From positions 1 through 55,693 of IMG/VR virus record IMGVR_UViG_3300030109_001698: a stretch of 55,693 nt of DNA. One strand, written 5' to 3'. Below the pieces are notes generated by a model that saw only the letters and a list, made by a program, of their open reading frames with translations, had not been told where the DNA came from and made no database searches. Position 1 is the first letter of the stretch; each line of letters begins with the position of its first letter. The position numbers and the translations under genes are program-made. The stretch is from a virus. Lineage: Duplodnaviria; Caudoviricetes. Positions 7,014-16,290 of this stretch are shown here, in pieces.

Positions 7014-7943
7014 ATGGAAGGAAAACCTTTTAAATTAAAATCTGGAAATAAACCTGCATTCAAAATGATGGGTGCTAAAACTCCAGCAAAACACAAAGTA
7101 GACGGTAGCTATAGAGGCCACGACCACGAGGGTATGGGGCTTTTTGAAAGATTTACTGGTAAAAAATTCAAAGACACTAAAATCGGTAAAGGATTTTATA
7201 ATGAAGATGGAGATCTTAGAATAAAAGCTGATTTAGAGCAAAAAGCGCAAGATGTTAAAGATCTAGGTACAGACATCTCAACGAATCAAACACTAGGAAC
7301 TACTAAAGAAGAAAGAGAAAATACTCCACCAGAAGTAACATACACTAATTTAAAGTCTGAAAAAGGAGATCCTTATGAGTATAGAAAAGGCTCTGATAAC
7401 ACTTATCAATTTAGAAAAGGTAGTGAAGGAGAATTTACTACAGCAAAGGGTAAAGGTTTGGACGCTATTAAAGAAAGATATGACTCTCCTGCAGATATGA
7501 AAAGTCCTGTAAAAATGGGACACAAGTCACCTACTAAAGACTACAGCGTTGAAAAAGGGTCGCATGATCACCCTCATTCACCTGCTAAATTAAAAAAAAA
7601 TAGTCCAGCTAAAAGAGGGCACGATGATGGCGAACGAACTACCCAGCAAGAATTAAAACTTAATGCAGTTAAAAAATTTAAAGAAAAAGAATTAAAACTT
7701 AATGCAGTTAAAGACTTTGATGAAAAAAAAGGAAAAAAAGCAACAAACTCTAAGTATACAGAAAAAGTTGCAGATCTTCGTGATAAAATGAAAGAAATTG
7801 AAGCAAAGAATCCTGATGCAACAGTTAAAAACAATAAAAGACTAAGAAACTTACAAAATAGAATAAATAAAGAAATGGGCTCTAAGGTTCGTCATAGAAA
7901 AAATCTTTTAACTAAAGAGTATAAAAAAGTTACAAAAAAATAA
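7014..7943 (+). CDS. Lys-rich protein with doubled leader and multiple SPxK motifs
   Basis: PFKLKSG, AFKMMG, TPAK, SPVK, SPTK, SPAK x2. Confidence 0.8.
   Translation: MEGKPFKLKSGNKPAFKMMGAKTPAKHKVDGSYRGHDHEGMGLFERFTGKKFKDTKIGKGFYNEDGDLRIKADLEQKAQDVKDLGTDISTNQTLGTTKEERENTPPEVTYTNLKSEKGDPYEYRKGSDNTYQFRKGSEGEFTTAKGKGLDAIKERYDSPADMKSPVKMGHKSPTKDYSVEKGSHDHPHSPAKLKKNSPAKRGHDDGERTTQQELKLNAVKKFKEKELKLNAVKDFDEKKGKKATNSKYTEKVADLRDKMKEIEAKNPDATVKNNKRLRNLQNRINKEMGSKVRHRKNLLTKEYKKVTKK
7648..7712 (+). repeat. In-frame direct repeat, 26 bp x2, period 39
   Basis: AAGAATTAAAACTTAATGCAGTTAAA at 7648 and 7687 (ELKLNAVK x2). Confidence 0.9.
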
Positions 7944-7976
7944 CAAAACTAATATTAACCAATACATAAAACCAAA

Positions 7977-8264
7977 ATGACTTATTTGTATTACAAAAGT
8001 TCGTATACCACGAACACAAAACCGAACGAAAAAACAATTAACCAATGGAAACATTTAGCTGATAAAGGTAATTGGAGAATTACGCAGTTAGCAAATGGCT
8101 ACTACCAAACAGAGTGTTCTAATCCAGATACAGAGGACTGGCACGCTGTAACAAGAAGAGAAACAGTTGAAGGTGCTGAAACCGCAATTAACGGTAGCAT
8201 CGACCACTTTTCTAAAAAAATAGATTCTACAAAAGGACCTAAAGTTGTTAAAACGTTTAAATAA
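7977..8264 (+). CDS. Hypothetical protein (95 aa)
   Basis: ORF track, A-rich leader. Confidence 0.8.
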   Translation: MTYLYYKSSYTTNTKPNEKTINQWKHLADKGNWRITQLANGYYQTECSNPDTEDWHAVTRRETVEGAETAINGSIDHFSKKIDSTKGPKVVKTFK

Positions 8265-8284
8265 ACTAAATTAAATTAAATTAA

Positions 8285-9853
8285 ATGGAATATAATCTAC
8301 CTAGCGAGATTGTCAAAGACTTAACTTTTGGCAACGACGCTAAAAGCAAAATTATTATGGGTGTAGACAAATTAACAAAAGCTGTTAAATCTACACTAGG
8401 AGCCTCAGGAAAGTGTGTAATATATGAAGACGCTCGAGGCAACCCGGTCATAACAAAAGACGGAGTTACAGTAGCGGAATCTGTAGTCTTACTTGACCCG
8501 GTTGAAAATATGGGAGCTACTTTAATAAAGGAAGCTGCTAGAAATACAGTGAGAGAAGCAGGTGACGGTACCACAACAGCTACCGTCCTTGCTGAATCAT
8601 TAATAAAAGAAATTAATAATGGTAATTGGAAAAACGATACTGTTAGAGAAATAAAAGAAGGAATTACGTCTGGATTAAATAAAGTTAATGATTATTTAGA
8701 TAGTGTAGCTATAAAAGTCGAAGGTGATATGTTACAAGATGTAAGTTCTATCTCTTGTAATAATGATAAAGACTTAGGAAAAACTATATCAGAAGCTTAT
8801 GAAAAAGTAGGGAAAGACGGTGTTGTTCTGATGGAAGAATCAGAGACAGAAAGCACTTACGTTGAAGTAGTTGACGGCGTGCAAATCGAATCTGGACTTA
8901 CATCACCTCATTTTATAACCGATAATGAAAAACAAAGAACAATACTAGAAAACCCACTAATTCTTATAGTGGCATCGGAAATCCCAAACGTTAGAAAAAT
9001 ACAAAATATACTAGAATTTGTTATAAAGAACAATAAATCATTGTTAATTGTAGCACAAGTGTCTCAACAAGTTAAATCTGCGCTTTTAATGAACAAAGTT
9101 AAAGGTAATATTAAAGTAAATATTATAGATTTACCTGGTTTTGGTCCTACAAAGCAAGATACTATCAAAGATTTAGCAATTTTAACTGGCGCAGAGGTAA
9201 TAAACGAAGAATTAGGTGATGATTTAGATGGAATTTCGTTAAATGTACTTGGAGAAGCTGAAAAAGCTGTTACAGATGACAAAAACACGGTAATTACACT
9301 TGAAAATACAGTACAAGACGTTAAAGAACGAATAAAAGAAGTTAAAAAACTACATAAAAAAGAAAAAAATGGCTTTTTTAAGAAGTTTTTAGAGCAAAGA
9401 ATAGCTATGTTATCAGGAAGCGTTGGAATAATACGTGTAGGTGCTGGTTCTAAGATAGAATTAAAAGAAAAAAAAGATAGAGTTGAAGACGCTATCTACG
9501 CTACAAAGGCCGCGTTAAAAGAAGGTATTGTACCTGGTGGGGGCGTTGCTTTGCTTAACGCATCTCAACACATAAGACCTGAAAACGCGGGTGAAGAAAT
9601 ATTGTTAAACGCAATTAGATCACCATTTGAGACAATACTTTCTAATGCCGGTATAGAGCAAATTGGTCCTAGACCAAATAAAGGCATAGGAATCGATGTT
9701 GTTACAGGTGAAAGTGTAGATATGGTAAAAGCTGGAGTAATAGATCCCGTGCTTGTTACTAAAACAGCACTTAAAAATTCCGTTTCTGTTGTAACTACTA
9801 TTATATCCGCTGATTGTATAATTTCAAATATTAGGATCAATGAAGGCAGTTAA
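8285..9853 (+). CDS. groEL: Chaperonin GroEL (Cpn60)
   Basis: ITKDGVTVA, AGDGTTTATVLA, PGFG, ELKEKKDRVEDA, GIVPGGGVAL; no GGM tail. Confidence 0.97.
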   Translation: MEYNLPSEIVKDLTFGNDAKSKIIMGVDKLTKAVKSTLGASGKCVIYEDARGNPVITKDGVTVAESVVLLDPVENMGATLIKEAARNTVREAGDGTTTATVLAESLIKEINNGNWKNDTVREIKEGITSGLNKVNDYLDSVAIKVEGDMLQDVSSISCNNDKDLGKTISEAYEKVGKDGVVLMEESETESTYVEVVDGVQIESGLTSPHFITDNEKQRTILENPLILIVASEIPNVRKIQNILEFVIKNNKSLLIVAQVSQQVKSALLMNKVKGNIKVNIIDLPGFGPTKQDTIKDLAILTGAEVINEELGDDLDGISLNVLGEAEKAVTDDKNTVITLENTVQDVKERIKEVKKLHKKEKNGFFKKFLEQRIAMLSGSVGIIRVGAGSKIELKEKKDRVEDAIYATKAALKEGIVPGGGVALLNASQHIRPENAGEEILLNAIRSPFETILSNAGIEQIGPRPNKGIGIDVVTGESVDMVKAGVIDPVLVTKTALKNSVSVVTTIISADCIISNIRINEGS

Positions 9854-10097
9854 TCATTATATAATAATTGAACAAGTTAAAGAAGGGCCTAAAAAAGTTG
9901 GTGGATTAATTTTAACTGATGAAATTAACGAAGATAATAGATATTTAAAAGGTAAAGTAATATCTATTGGTAATTTAGTTCAAGGTATAAAAGAAAACGA
10001 TACTATATACTACGATAAACACGCAGGCCACGGTATACAACATAAAGATAAATTTTACGGCGTTATAAAACAACAAGATGTCGTGCTTATAGATTAA
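9840..10097 (+). CDS. groES: Co-chaperonin GroES (Cpn10)
   Basis: 85 aa, GGLILT mobile loop, GKVISIG; adjacent to groEL. Confidence 0.9.
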   Translation: MKAVNHYIIIEQVKEGPKKVGGLILTDEINEDNRYLKGKVISIGNLVQGIKENDTIYYDKHAGHGIQHKDKFYGVIKQQDVVLID

Positions 10098-10170
10098 ACC
10101 TAAACCTAAAACTTAAAACCTAAAACTTAATACAATTAACCTAATTATTAACTAAAAACACTTAGAAATT

Positions 10171-10539
10171 ATGATGCAAAATCCAAAAATGGTAATGCTT
10201 TATTTTCAAACTGGGGACGGTGTAAACGATGGTGCTGATGAAGGATATGCAGCTCCGTTATCAAAGTTCAGAGGTTTTAAATTTATTGCTGATACCGACG
10301 CGATTGAAATGCAATTTGATAGTATGCTTGGTACTGGTGCTGATATAGCAGCGGTAGACAAAGTTGTACTAAACATAACTGCAGCTAAGCAACATTTACT
10401 AATTGCAGACATTACTGCGGCTATTAATGGCCACAAGTACGGTGATGGTTTTATTACTATCGCTGACGACGCTACAAGTACTTATGTATCTTCTTACATT
10501 AGCTCTTGTGGAGCAATTACAGTAACTGCTGCTGCTTAA
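10171..10539 (+). CDS. Hypothetical, possibly virion protein (122 aa)
   Basis: ORF track; Ala/Asp/Thr rich, codon usage like the capsid gene. Confidence 0.75.
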   Translation: MMQNPKMVMLYFQTGDGVNDGADEGYAAPLSKFRGFKFIADTDAIEMQFDSMLGTGADIAAVDKVVLNITAAKQHLLIADITAAINGHKYGDGFITIADDATSTYVSSYISSCGAITVTAAA

Positions 10540-10545
10540 TCTTAA

Positions 10546-10986
10546 ATGAGATTAACAGCGCAAGATTTGCGTGAAATGAACATCCTTAAGTATTACAGGC
10601 TCACTAGAAAGTGGGCTTGTAAGACTTACGGATTAACAGACGCAGATTTAGAATTATTAATTTATTTAGATTGTAAAGGAAGATTTACACGACAAGAGTT
10701 TATAGACGGGGTTTATACTATGAGTTGGGATAAAAACCGTTGGGAAAGACTTAGAAAGAAAGGCTGGATAGAAGTTTGGAGACACAGAAACAGAACAACA
10801 ATAAAGTACTCGGTATTTAAAACATCATTTAAGTGTTCTCAGTTAATAAGTAGAATATACAGGGTGTTGTTAGGCGAAGAAGATTTGCCAGTATCAGAAA
10901 GAAGTACTTTTTATAACAACAAATCATATACAGACAAGGTTTATAATAAAGCTATAGATGATATGATTAAAGACAAAAATAGATAA
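10546..10986 (+). CDS. Putative winged-HTH (MarR-like) DNA-binding protein
   Basis: YGLTDADLELLIYL...RLRKKGWIE pattern. Confidence 0.6.
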   Translation: MRLTAQDLREMNILKYYRLTRKWACKTYGLTDADLELLIYLDCKGRFTRQEFIDGVYTMSWDKNRWERLRKKGWIEVWRHRNRTTIKYSVFKTSFKCSQLISRIYRVLLGEEDLPVSERSTFYNNKSYTDKVYNKAIDDMIKDKNR

Positions 10987-10987
10987 T

Positions 10988-11380
10988 ATGGCATTTAAAC
11001 TAGGAAGTAAATCAAGTCCTTTAATGGACAAGGGACAGTTAAAAGGTAGTTTATCTTTTAAACAAGATGAGTCATCTATACCTGGAACACCTGTTTTACG
11101 TAGAAAGTTAGATGGTGGCGTATTGGGAGAGGCTAATAAAGATGGATCCATATTTATCAGTGAGAAAGTAGAACCAGGTAGTGATGAAGAAAAACAAATT
11201 CTTATACACGAAATGGTACACATGACAGATATGAAAACTGGAAAATTAGGATATACAGACGAAGCTATAGAATATATGGGGCAAACGTTTCCTAGACACA
11301 AGGGTCACATACTGTATAATGACCAATGGCTACCAGAAGGTAGCAAAGAATTTCCTTGGGAAAGAATGCCTTGGGAATAA
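10988..11380 (+). CDS. Small zincin-like metallopeptidase with leader variant
   Basis: ILIHEMVH (HExxH), downstream PWE; starts MAFKLGSKSSPL. Confidence 0.75.
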   Translation: MAFKLGSKSSPLMDKGQLKGSLSFKQDESSIPGTPVLRRKLDGGVLGEANKDGSIFISEKVEPGSDEEKQILIHEMVHMTDMKTGKLGYTDEAIEYMGQTFPRHKGHILYNDQWLPEGSKEFPWERMPWE

Positions 11381-11391
11381 AATAATAAATT

Positions 11392-11784
11392 ATGAATATA
11401 TTAGGAAAAATATTTTCAGGAGGAGCTACTGAATTAGTGAAAGGTGTAGGTGGCGTTATAGATAATCTACACACGTCTAAAGAAGAAAAGCTCGAAGCTG
11501 AAAAAAAAATTAAAGACATGATAATGGGTTACGAGGCTCAAATGCAAAAAGAGGTTTCAGATAGATGGAAAGTAGATATGAACTCAGACTCTTGGTTATC
11601 AAAAAATATAAGACCTTTAGTGCTTATATTTCTAGTTGTAGCAACAGTGTTAATGATATTTATCGATGCTGGTGTTATTGCTTTTGAAGTAAAAGATACT
11701 TGGGTTGATCTATTACAATTAGTATTAATAACTGTGATCGGTGCTTACTTCGGTGGTAGATCACTAGAAAAAGTAAAAAAATAA
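11392..11784 (+). CDS. Holin, 3TM (GTA-holin-like)
   Basis: SDSWLSKNIRPL, two C-terminal TMs, YFGGRSLEK. Confidence 0.8.
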   Translation: MNILGKIFSGGATELVKGVGGVIDNLHTSKEEKLEAEKKIKDMIMGYEAQMQKEVSDRWKVDMNSDSWLSKNIRPLVLIFLVVATVLMIFIDAGVIAFEVKDTWVDLLQLVLITVIGAYFGGRSLEKVKK

Positions 11785-11787
11785 ATT

Positions 11788-12210
11788 ATGGCAAGTATAC
11801 AAGGAGGCTCAGGTAATGAGCTGTTTTTTCATGGATCAACATTTTTAAGTGGTGATGGCGCAATATTAGACTTATCACAATCTGATGCTAAATATTATGT
11901 TTGCGCTATAACTATTATTAGTGCAACAAAATTTGGTGGTAGCGGTCTAGGTATATTAGATGGTGGTGTAAACCTTGGTATGGGAAATACACATTTTGCT
12001 TCTAACGAAGACACGCAAACATTAGATACTGACTGGGGAGCAGACACAAACGCTGGTGACAACGATAGTGATCTTATAGTTTTAGATGGTAGTGGCACAG
12101 AGTTTCCTGCTGGTGTTACTATTTACGGTATGTATGATTATGTTGAATTACACGCTGGAGACATTATATGCTACGTTGCTCCAAGACCAGATTATACAAG
12201 TAGAGCATAA
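11788..12210 (+). CDS. Hypothetical, possibly virion protein (140 aa)
   Basis: Gly/Asp/Thr-rich beta-type composition. Confidence 0.7.
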   Translation: MASIQGGSGNELFFHGSTFLSGDGAILDLSQSDAKYYVCAITIISATKFGGSGLGILDGGVNLGMGNTHFASNEDTQTLDTDWGADTNAGDNDSDLIVLDGSGTEFPAGVTIYGMYDYVELHAGDIICYVAPRPDYTSRA

Positions 12211-12238
12211 ATTAAATAATTAAATTAAATTAAATAAA

Positions 12239-12508
12239 ATGGCAAAAACAAAAAAGAAAGCTGAGAAGGCTACAAAAATTACAAACGAAGAATTAAATCA
12301 AGTACAATCGGTAGTAAACAATATAAATAGAGCTCAATTAGAAATAGGAACAATAGAAACTAGAAAGCATAGTTTATTACACCATATTTCTGTTCATCAA
12401 GAGCAATTAGCGGCAATGCAAGGCGAGTTTGAAAAGATTTACGGAACAGCTGATATTAATATTCAAGATGGTACTATAAATCACACTGAAAATGAGCAAA
12501 CTAATTAG
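12239..12508 (+). CDS. Coiled-coil hypothetical protein (89 aa)
   Basis: Heptad helix, ends INIQDGTI. Confidence 0.75.
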   Translation: MAKTKKKAEKATKITNEELNQVQSVVNNINRAQLEIGTIETRKHSLLHHISVHQEQLAAMQGEFEKIYGTADINIQDGTINHTENEQTN

Positions 12509-12713
12509 AAAAATTACAGTAGGTAAAGATTACAAGGAAAACGCCATGCATTACGCTGTAGGCCAAGATGTTTATGGTGGGCATACTATATGTGATATAA
12601 TAGAAGAAAAAGATAAGTATTCTATTTACATAAAGAAAAATAAAGACGTGTTACCTTGGAAAGACTTTAACAAAAACATGGCTGTATCTGTTGAATATAA
12701 CTTAGAATACTAA
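12492..12713 (+). CDS. Hypothetical protein (73 aa)
   Basis: ORF track, operon packing. Confidence 0.75.
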   Translation: MSKLIRKITVGKDYKENAMHYAVGQDVYGGHTICDIIEEKDKYSIYIKKNKDVLPWKDFNKNMAVSVEYNLEY

Positions 12714-12714
12714 T

Positions 12715-13083
12715 ATGTATACTTATAAAATCTCACCATTAAAAATTGTTGATGGTGATACTATAGACGCTGAGATTGATTTAGGTTTTGATATTAAAGT
12801 TAAAAAAAGAGTTAGATTTATGGGTATTAATGCTCCAGAATCTAGAACTAGAGACTTAGAAGAAAAAGCTAAAGGATTAGCAGCTAAAGATAGAGTAAAA
12901 CAATTATTAGATGGTTGTAAAAATATAACACTAAAATCTCATGGTATTGGTAAGTTTGGAAGATGTTTAGGTGAGTTACATTTAGACACTATTGACGGAC
13001 AAGAAAAATTAACTTTAGTGAGTTTAAACGAATTATTAATTAACGAAGGCCATGCTACAAAATATGATGGCGGAAAAAGATAA
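12715..13083 (+). CDS. Thermonuclease (SNase-like)
   Basis: IVDGDTI, RVRFMGINAPE, GKFGRCLG, LINEGHA. Confidence 0.9.
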   Translation: MYTYKISPLKIVDGDTIDAEIDLGFDIKVKKRVRFMGINAPESRTRDLEEKAKGLAAKDRVKQLLDGCKNITLKSHGIGKFGRCLGELHLDTIDGQEKLTLVSLNELLINEGHATKYDGGKR

Positions 13084-13086
13084 AAT

Positions 13087-13263
13087 ATGAAAATAGATTG
13101 GATTAATGGTTACAAACCAGGTAACAAAAAAGAAAAGTACGAAATAACTTTTAGATTAGGAACGTTTACAGTTTTAGAAATTAAAGCTTGTTTATTTTGT
13201 GAAAAAGGATGCTCGTCTAAAAAGTTTAGATTTATGATATTAAACTTAGGGTTTCAAATATAA
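13087..13263 (+). CDS. Hypothetical protein (58 aa, MKIDWINGYKPG...NLGFQI)
   Basis: Translated by hand; fills the gap, TAATG-coupled to the next gene. Confidence 0.65.
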   Translation: MKIDWINGYKPGNKKEKYEITFRLGTFTVLEIKACLFCEKGCSSKKFRFMILNLGFQI

Positions 13264-13853
13264 TGAAAGCACCTTTTGACTTTGTTATAGAGCCAAAAGG
13301 TAATAGATATAATAATACCAAAAAAATTGGTGATAAAGACCTTATATTAAATACCGAAATATTTAACCATCAATTTGTAAATAGAGAAGCTATTGTTAAA
13401 TCTGTTCCTACAGCTTTTGAAACAGAAATAAAACCAGGAGATACTATTATAACACACCACAATGTTTTTAGGCGTTGGTATGACGTTAAGGGTAATGAAA
13501 AAAACAGTAGAAGTTTTTTTAATGAAAATACATATCTTATAAAAGAAGATCAAATATTTTTATACAAAAGAAAAAACGAGTGGATAGCTCCAAAAGGATA
13601 TTGTTTTGTGCAACCTATAAAACAAAAAGACAAAATGAGTGTAGATCTAGAAAAAGAATGCGTTGGTATTATAAAATATACAGACGGAACTTTTGACAAA
13701 GACAATCTTGTAGGTTTCACACCATTTTCAAAATATGAATTTATTATAGACGGTAAACGTTTATATAGAGTTATGACACAATTTATTACAATTAAATATG
13801 AATATCAAGGAAACGAAGAAGAATATAATCCAAGCTGGGCAGAAAGCTGTTGA
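13263..13853 (+). CDS. Putative tandem GroES-like protein
   Basis: Two halves each with FV(I/Q)xP...; IKPGDTI in the first, EFIIDGKRLYRV in the second. Confidence 0.55.
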   Translation: MKAPFDFVIEPKGNRYNNTKKIGDKDLILNTEIFNHQFVNREAIVKSVPTAFETEIKPGDTIITHHNVFRRWYDVKGNEKNSRSFFNENTYLIKEDQIFLYKRKNEWIAPKGYCFVQPIKQKDKMSVDLEKECVGIIKYTDGTFDKDNLVGFTPFSKYEFIIDGKRLYRVMTQFITIKYEYQGNEEEYNPSWAESC

Positions 13854-14073
13854 TGAATTAATCAAAGTAGCAAAAGAACCAATTGTAGATTCAGACGACG
13901 ATATATCAGCAGATAGACTTAAAAATGCCGCAGCTACTAAAAAATTAGCTATATTTGACGCATTTGAAATACTTAACAGAATACAAGAAGAAGAAAACTT
14001 ACTCGAGGGCAAAACACCTAAAGAGGCAGAGAAAACGGTCTTTAAAGGATTCGCAGAAGGTAGATCTAAGTAA
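13798..14073 (+). CDS. Putative terminase small subunit
   Basis: Helical 91-aa protein coupled to the large terminase; positional inference. Confidence 0.5.
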   Translation: MNIKETKKNIIQAGQKAVDELIKVAKEPIVDSDDDISADRLKNAAATKKLAIFDAFEILNRIQEEENLLEGKTPKEAEKTVFKGFAEGRSK

Positions 14074-16289
14074 TGTACAAGCAAAGTTTAGTTAAGGTTG
14101 TTGAACCTATAAAAAAAACCACTATAACACGTATGAATCGTGGTAAAAAGTGGAAATATGGATATGACAAAGAACACGATATTATTGTTATATCAAAGAC
14201 AGGTAAAATTGGGGAAATAATTGAAATACAAAATTTACAAATCGCTTTACCTTTAGCGCCAAAAGAAGTTTACACAAACGATAAAAAAAAGTGGGAAAAG
14301 ATAGAATATCCAAAAGAGTTAAGTAAACTTAAAAATATATTTGATTGGAGATCATATCCTGAAGATCAAAAAGAAAAGTGGTTTGATTTTATAAACGAAG
14401 AGTTTAAGTATAGAGAAGAAGGTTTTTGGTTTGTGAATGGTAAAACAAAAACATATATAACAGGCAGTCATTACATGTATTTACAGTGGAGCAAAATAGA
14501 TGTAGGCGCGCCAGATTTTAGAGAGGCAAATAGATTATTTTTTATATTTTGGGAAGCCTGTAAAGCAGATAAAAGATGTTATGGTATGTGCTATCTTAAA
14601 AATAGGCGTTCTGGATTTTCTTTTATGTCAAGTGCGGAAACGGTTAATTTAGCCACAATATCAAGTGATAGTAGATATGGTATACTGTCTAAAACTGGTA
14701 GCGACGCTAAAAAAATGTTTACAGATAAAGTTGTGCCAATATCAGTTAATTATCCCTTTTTCTTCAAACCGATTCAAGACGGTATGGATCGACCTAAAAC
14801 AGAATTAGCATATAGAGTACCGGCTAGTAAATTTACTAGAAAAAAGATAACAGCAAACGAAAAACAAGAGGATTTAGTTGGGCTTGATACTACTATAGAT
14901 TGGAAAAATACAGGTGACAATAGTTATGACGGTGAAAAACTTAATCTATTAGTACATGACGAAAGTGGTAAGTGGGAAAGGCCTGATAATATATTAAACA
15001 ATTGGAGAGTTACAAAAACTTGTTTGAGATTAGGTAGTAAAATAGTTGGAAAGTGCATGATGGGTAGTACTAGCAACGCTTTAGATAAAGGAGGTGATAA
15101 CTTTAAAAAACTGTATTATGCTTCAGATGTTACAGAAAGAAATCGTAATGGACAAACAAAGTCTGGTTTATATTCTCTCTTTATCCCAATGGAATGGAAC
15201 TACGAGGGATTTATTGATGAATACGGACAACCTGTATTTAATAACCCAGATCATGATGTACACGGACCCGACGGTGAATTAATAGATTACGGTATAATAG
15301 AACACTGGGATAATGAAGCAGAGGGATTAAAGTCTGACCACGACGCTCTTAACGAGTTTTACAGACAGTTTCCAAGAACAGAAGAACATGCGTTTAGAGA
15401 CGAAGCGGTTAATTCAATATTTAATCTTGTTAAAATATACGAACAAATAGATTATAACGACGGTACTGGTAATTCTACAAATATATCAACGGGTAATTTC
15501 CAGTGGATTAACGGAATAAAAGATACACAAGTAATATTTTATCCAGATCAAAAGGGTAGGTTTAAAATTAGCTGGACACCTCCTCATGAGTTACAAAATA
15601 GAATAATTGTTAAAAATGGCGTAAAGTACCCTGCTAATGAACACATGGGGGCGTTTGGTTGTGATAGTTATGACATATCAGGTACGGTTGATGGAAGAGG
15701 TTCTAATGGATCATTGCACGGCTTAACGAAATTTAGCATGGAAGATGCTCCACCTAATCACTTTTTTTTAGAATATATAGCTAGACCACAAACAGCAGAA
15801 ATATTTTTTGAAGACGTTTTGATGTCTTTAGTTTTTTATGGCATGCCAATATTAGCAGAAAATAATAAACCTAGATTATTGTATTATTTAAGGCGTAGAG
15901 GTTATAGAGGGTATAGTATGAACAGACCAGATAAAGTTTGGAATAAATTATCTGTAGCAGAAAAAGAAATAGGTGGTATACCAAACTCTTCAGAAGATAT
16001 AAAGCAAGCGCACGCCGCTGCAATTGAAATGTATATACAACAACACGTTGGTCATTTAGGAGACGGTAATTATGGTAATATATATTTTAACAGAACGTTG
16101 AATGACTGGGGTAGATTTGATATAACAAAAAGAACAAAGTTTGACGCTACGATAAGTAGTGGATTAGCTATAATGGCTTGTAATAGACATTTATACAGAC
16201 CAAATGCTAAAATAGAAAAACCAAAATTAAATATAAACATTGCTAAATATTCTAACAGAGGTAATGTTTCAAAGATAATAAAAGAATAA
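14073..16289 (+). CDS. terL: Terminase large subunit
   Basis: Walker A-like LKNRRSGFS, Walker B LLVHDESGK, MGST, nuclease FGCDSYD, ILAENN, FDATIS. Confidence 0.92.
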   Translation: MYKQSLVKVVEPIKKTTITRMNRGKKWKYGYDKEHDIIVISKTGKIGEIIEIQNLQIALPLAPKEVYTNDKKKWEKIEYPKELSKLKNIFDWRSYPEDQKEKWFDFINEEFKYREEGFWFVNGKTKTYITGSHYMYLQWSKIDVGAPDFREANRLFFIFWEACKADKRCYGMCYLKNRRSGFSFMSSAETVNLATISSDSRYGILSKTGSDAKKMFTDKVVPISVNYPFFFKPIQDGMDRPKTELAYRVPASKFTRKKITANEKQEDLVGLDTTIDWKNTGDNSYDGEKLNLLVHDESGKWERPDNILNNWRVTKTCLRLGSKIVGKCMMGSTSNALDKGGDNFKKLYYASDVTERNRNGQTKSGLYSLFIPMEWNYEGFIDEYGQPVFNNPDHDVHGPDGELIDYGIIEHWDNEAEGLKSDHDALNEFYRQFPRTEEHAFRDEAVNSIFNLVKIYEQIDYNDGTGNSTNISTGNFQWINGIKDTQVIFYPDQKGRFKISWTPPHELQNRIIVKNGVKYPANEHMGAFGCDSYDISGTVDGRGSNGSLHGLTKFSMEDAPPNHFFLEYIARPQTAEIFFEDVLMSLVFYGMPILAENNKPRLLYYLRRRGYRGYSMNRPDKVWNKLSVAEKEIGGIPNSSEDIKQAHAAAIEMYIQQHVGHLGDGNYGNIYFNRTLNDWGRFDITKRTKFDATISSGLAIMACNRHLYRPNAKIEKPKLNINIAKYSNRGNVSKIIKE

Positions 16290-16290
16290 T

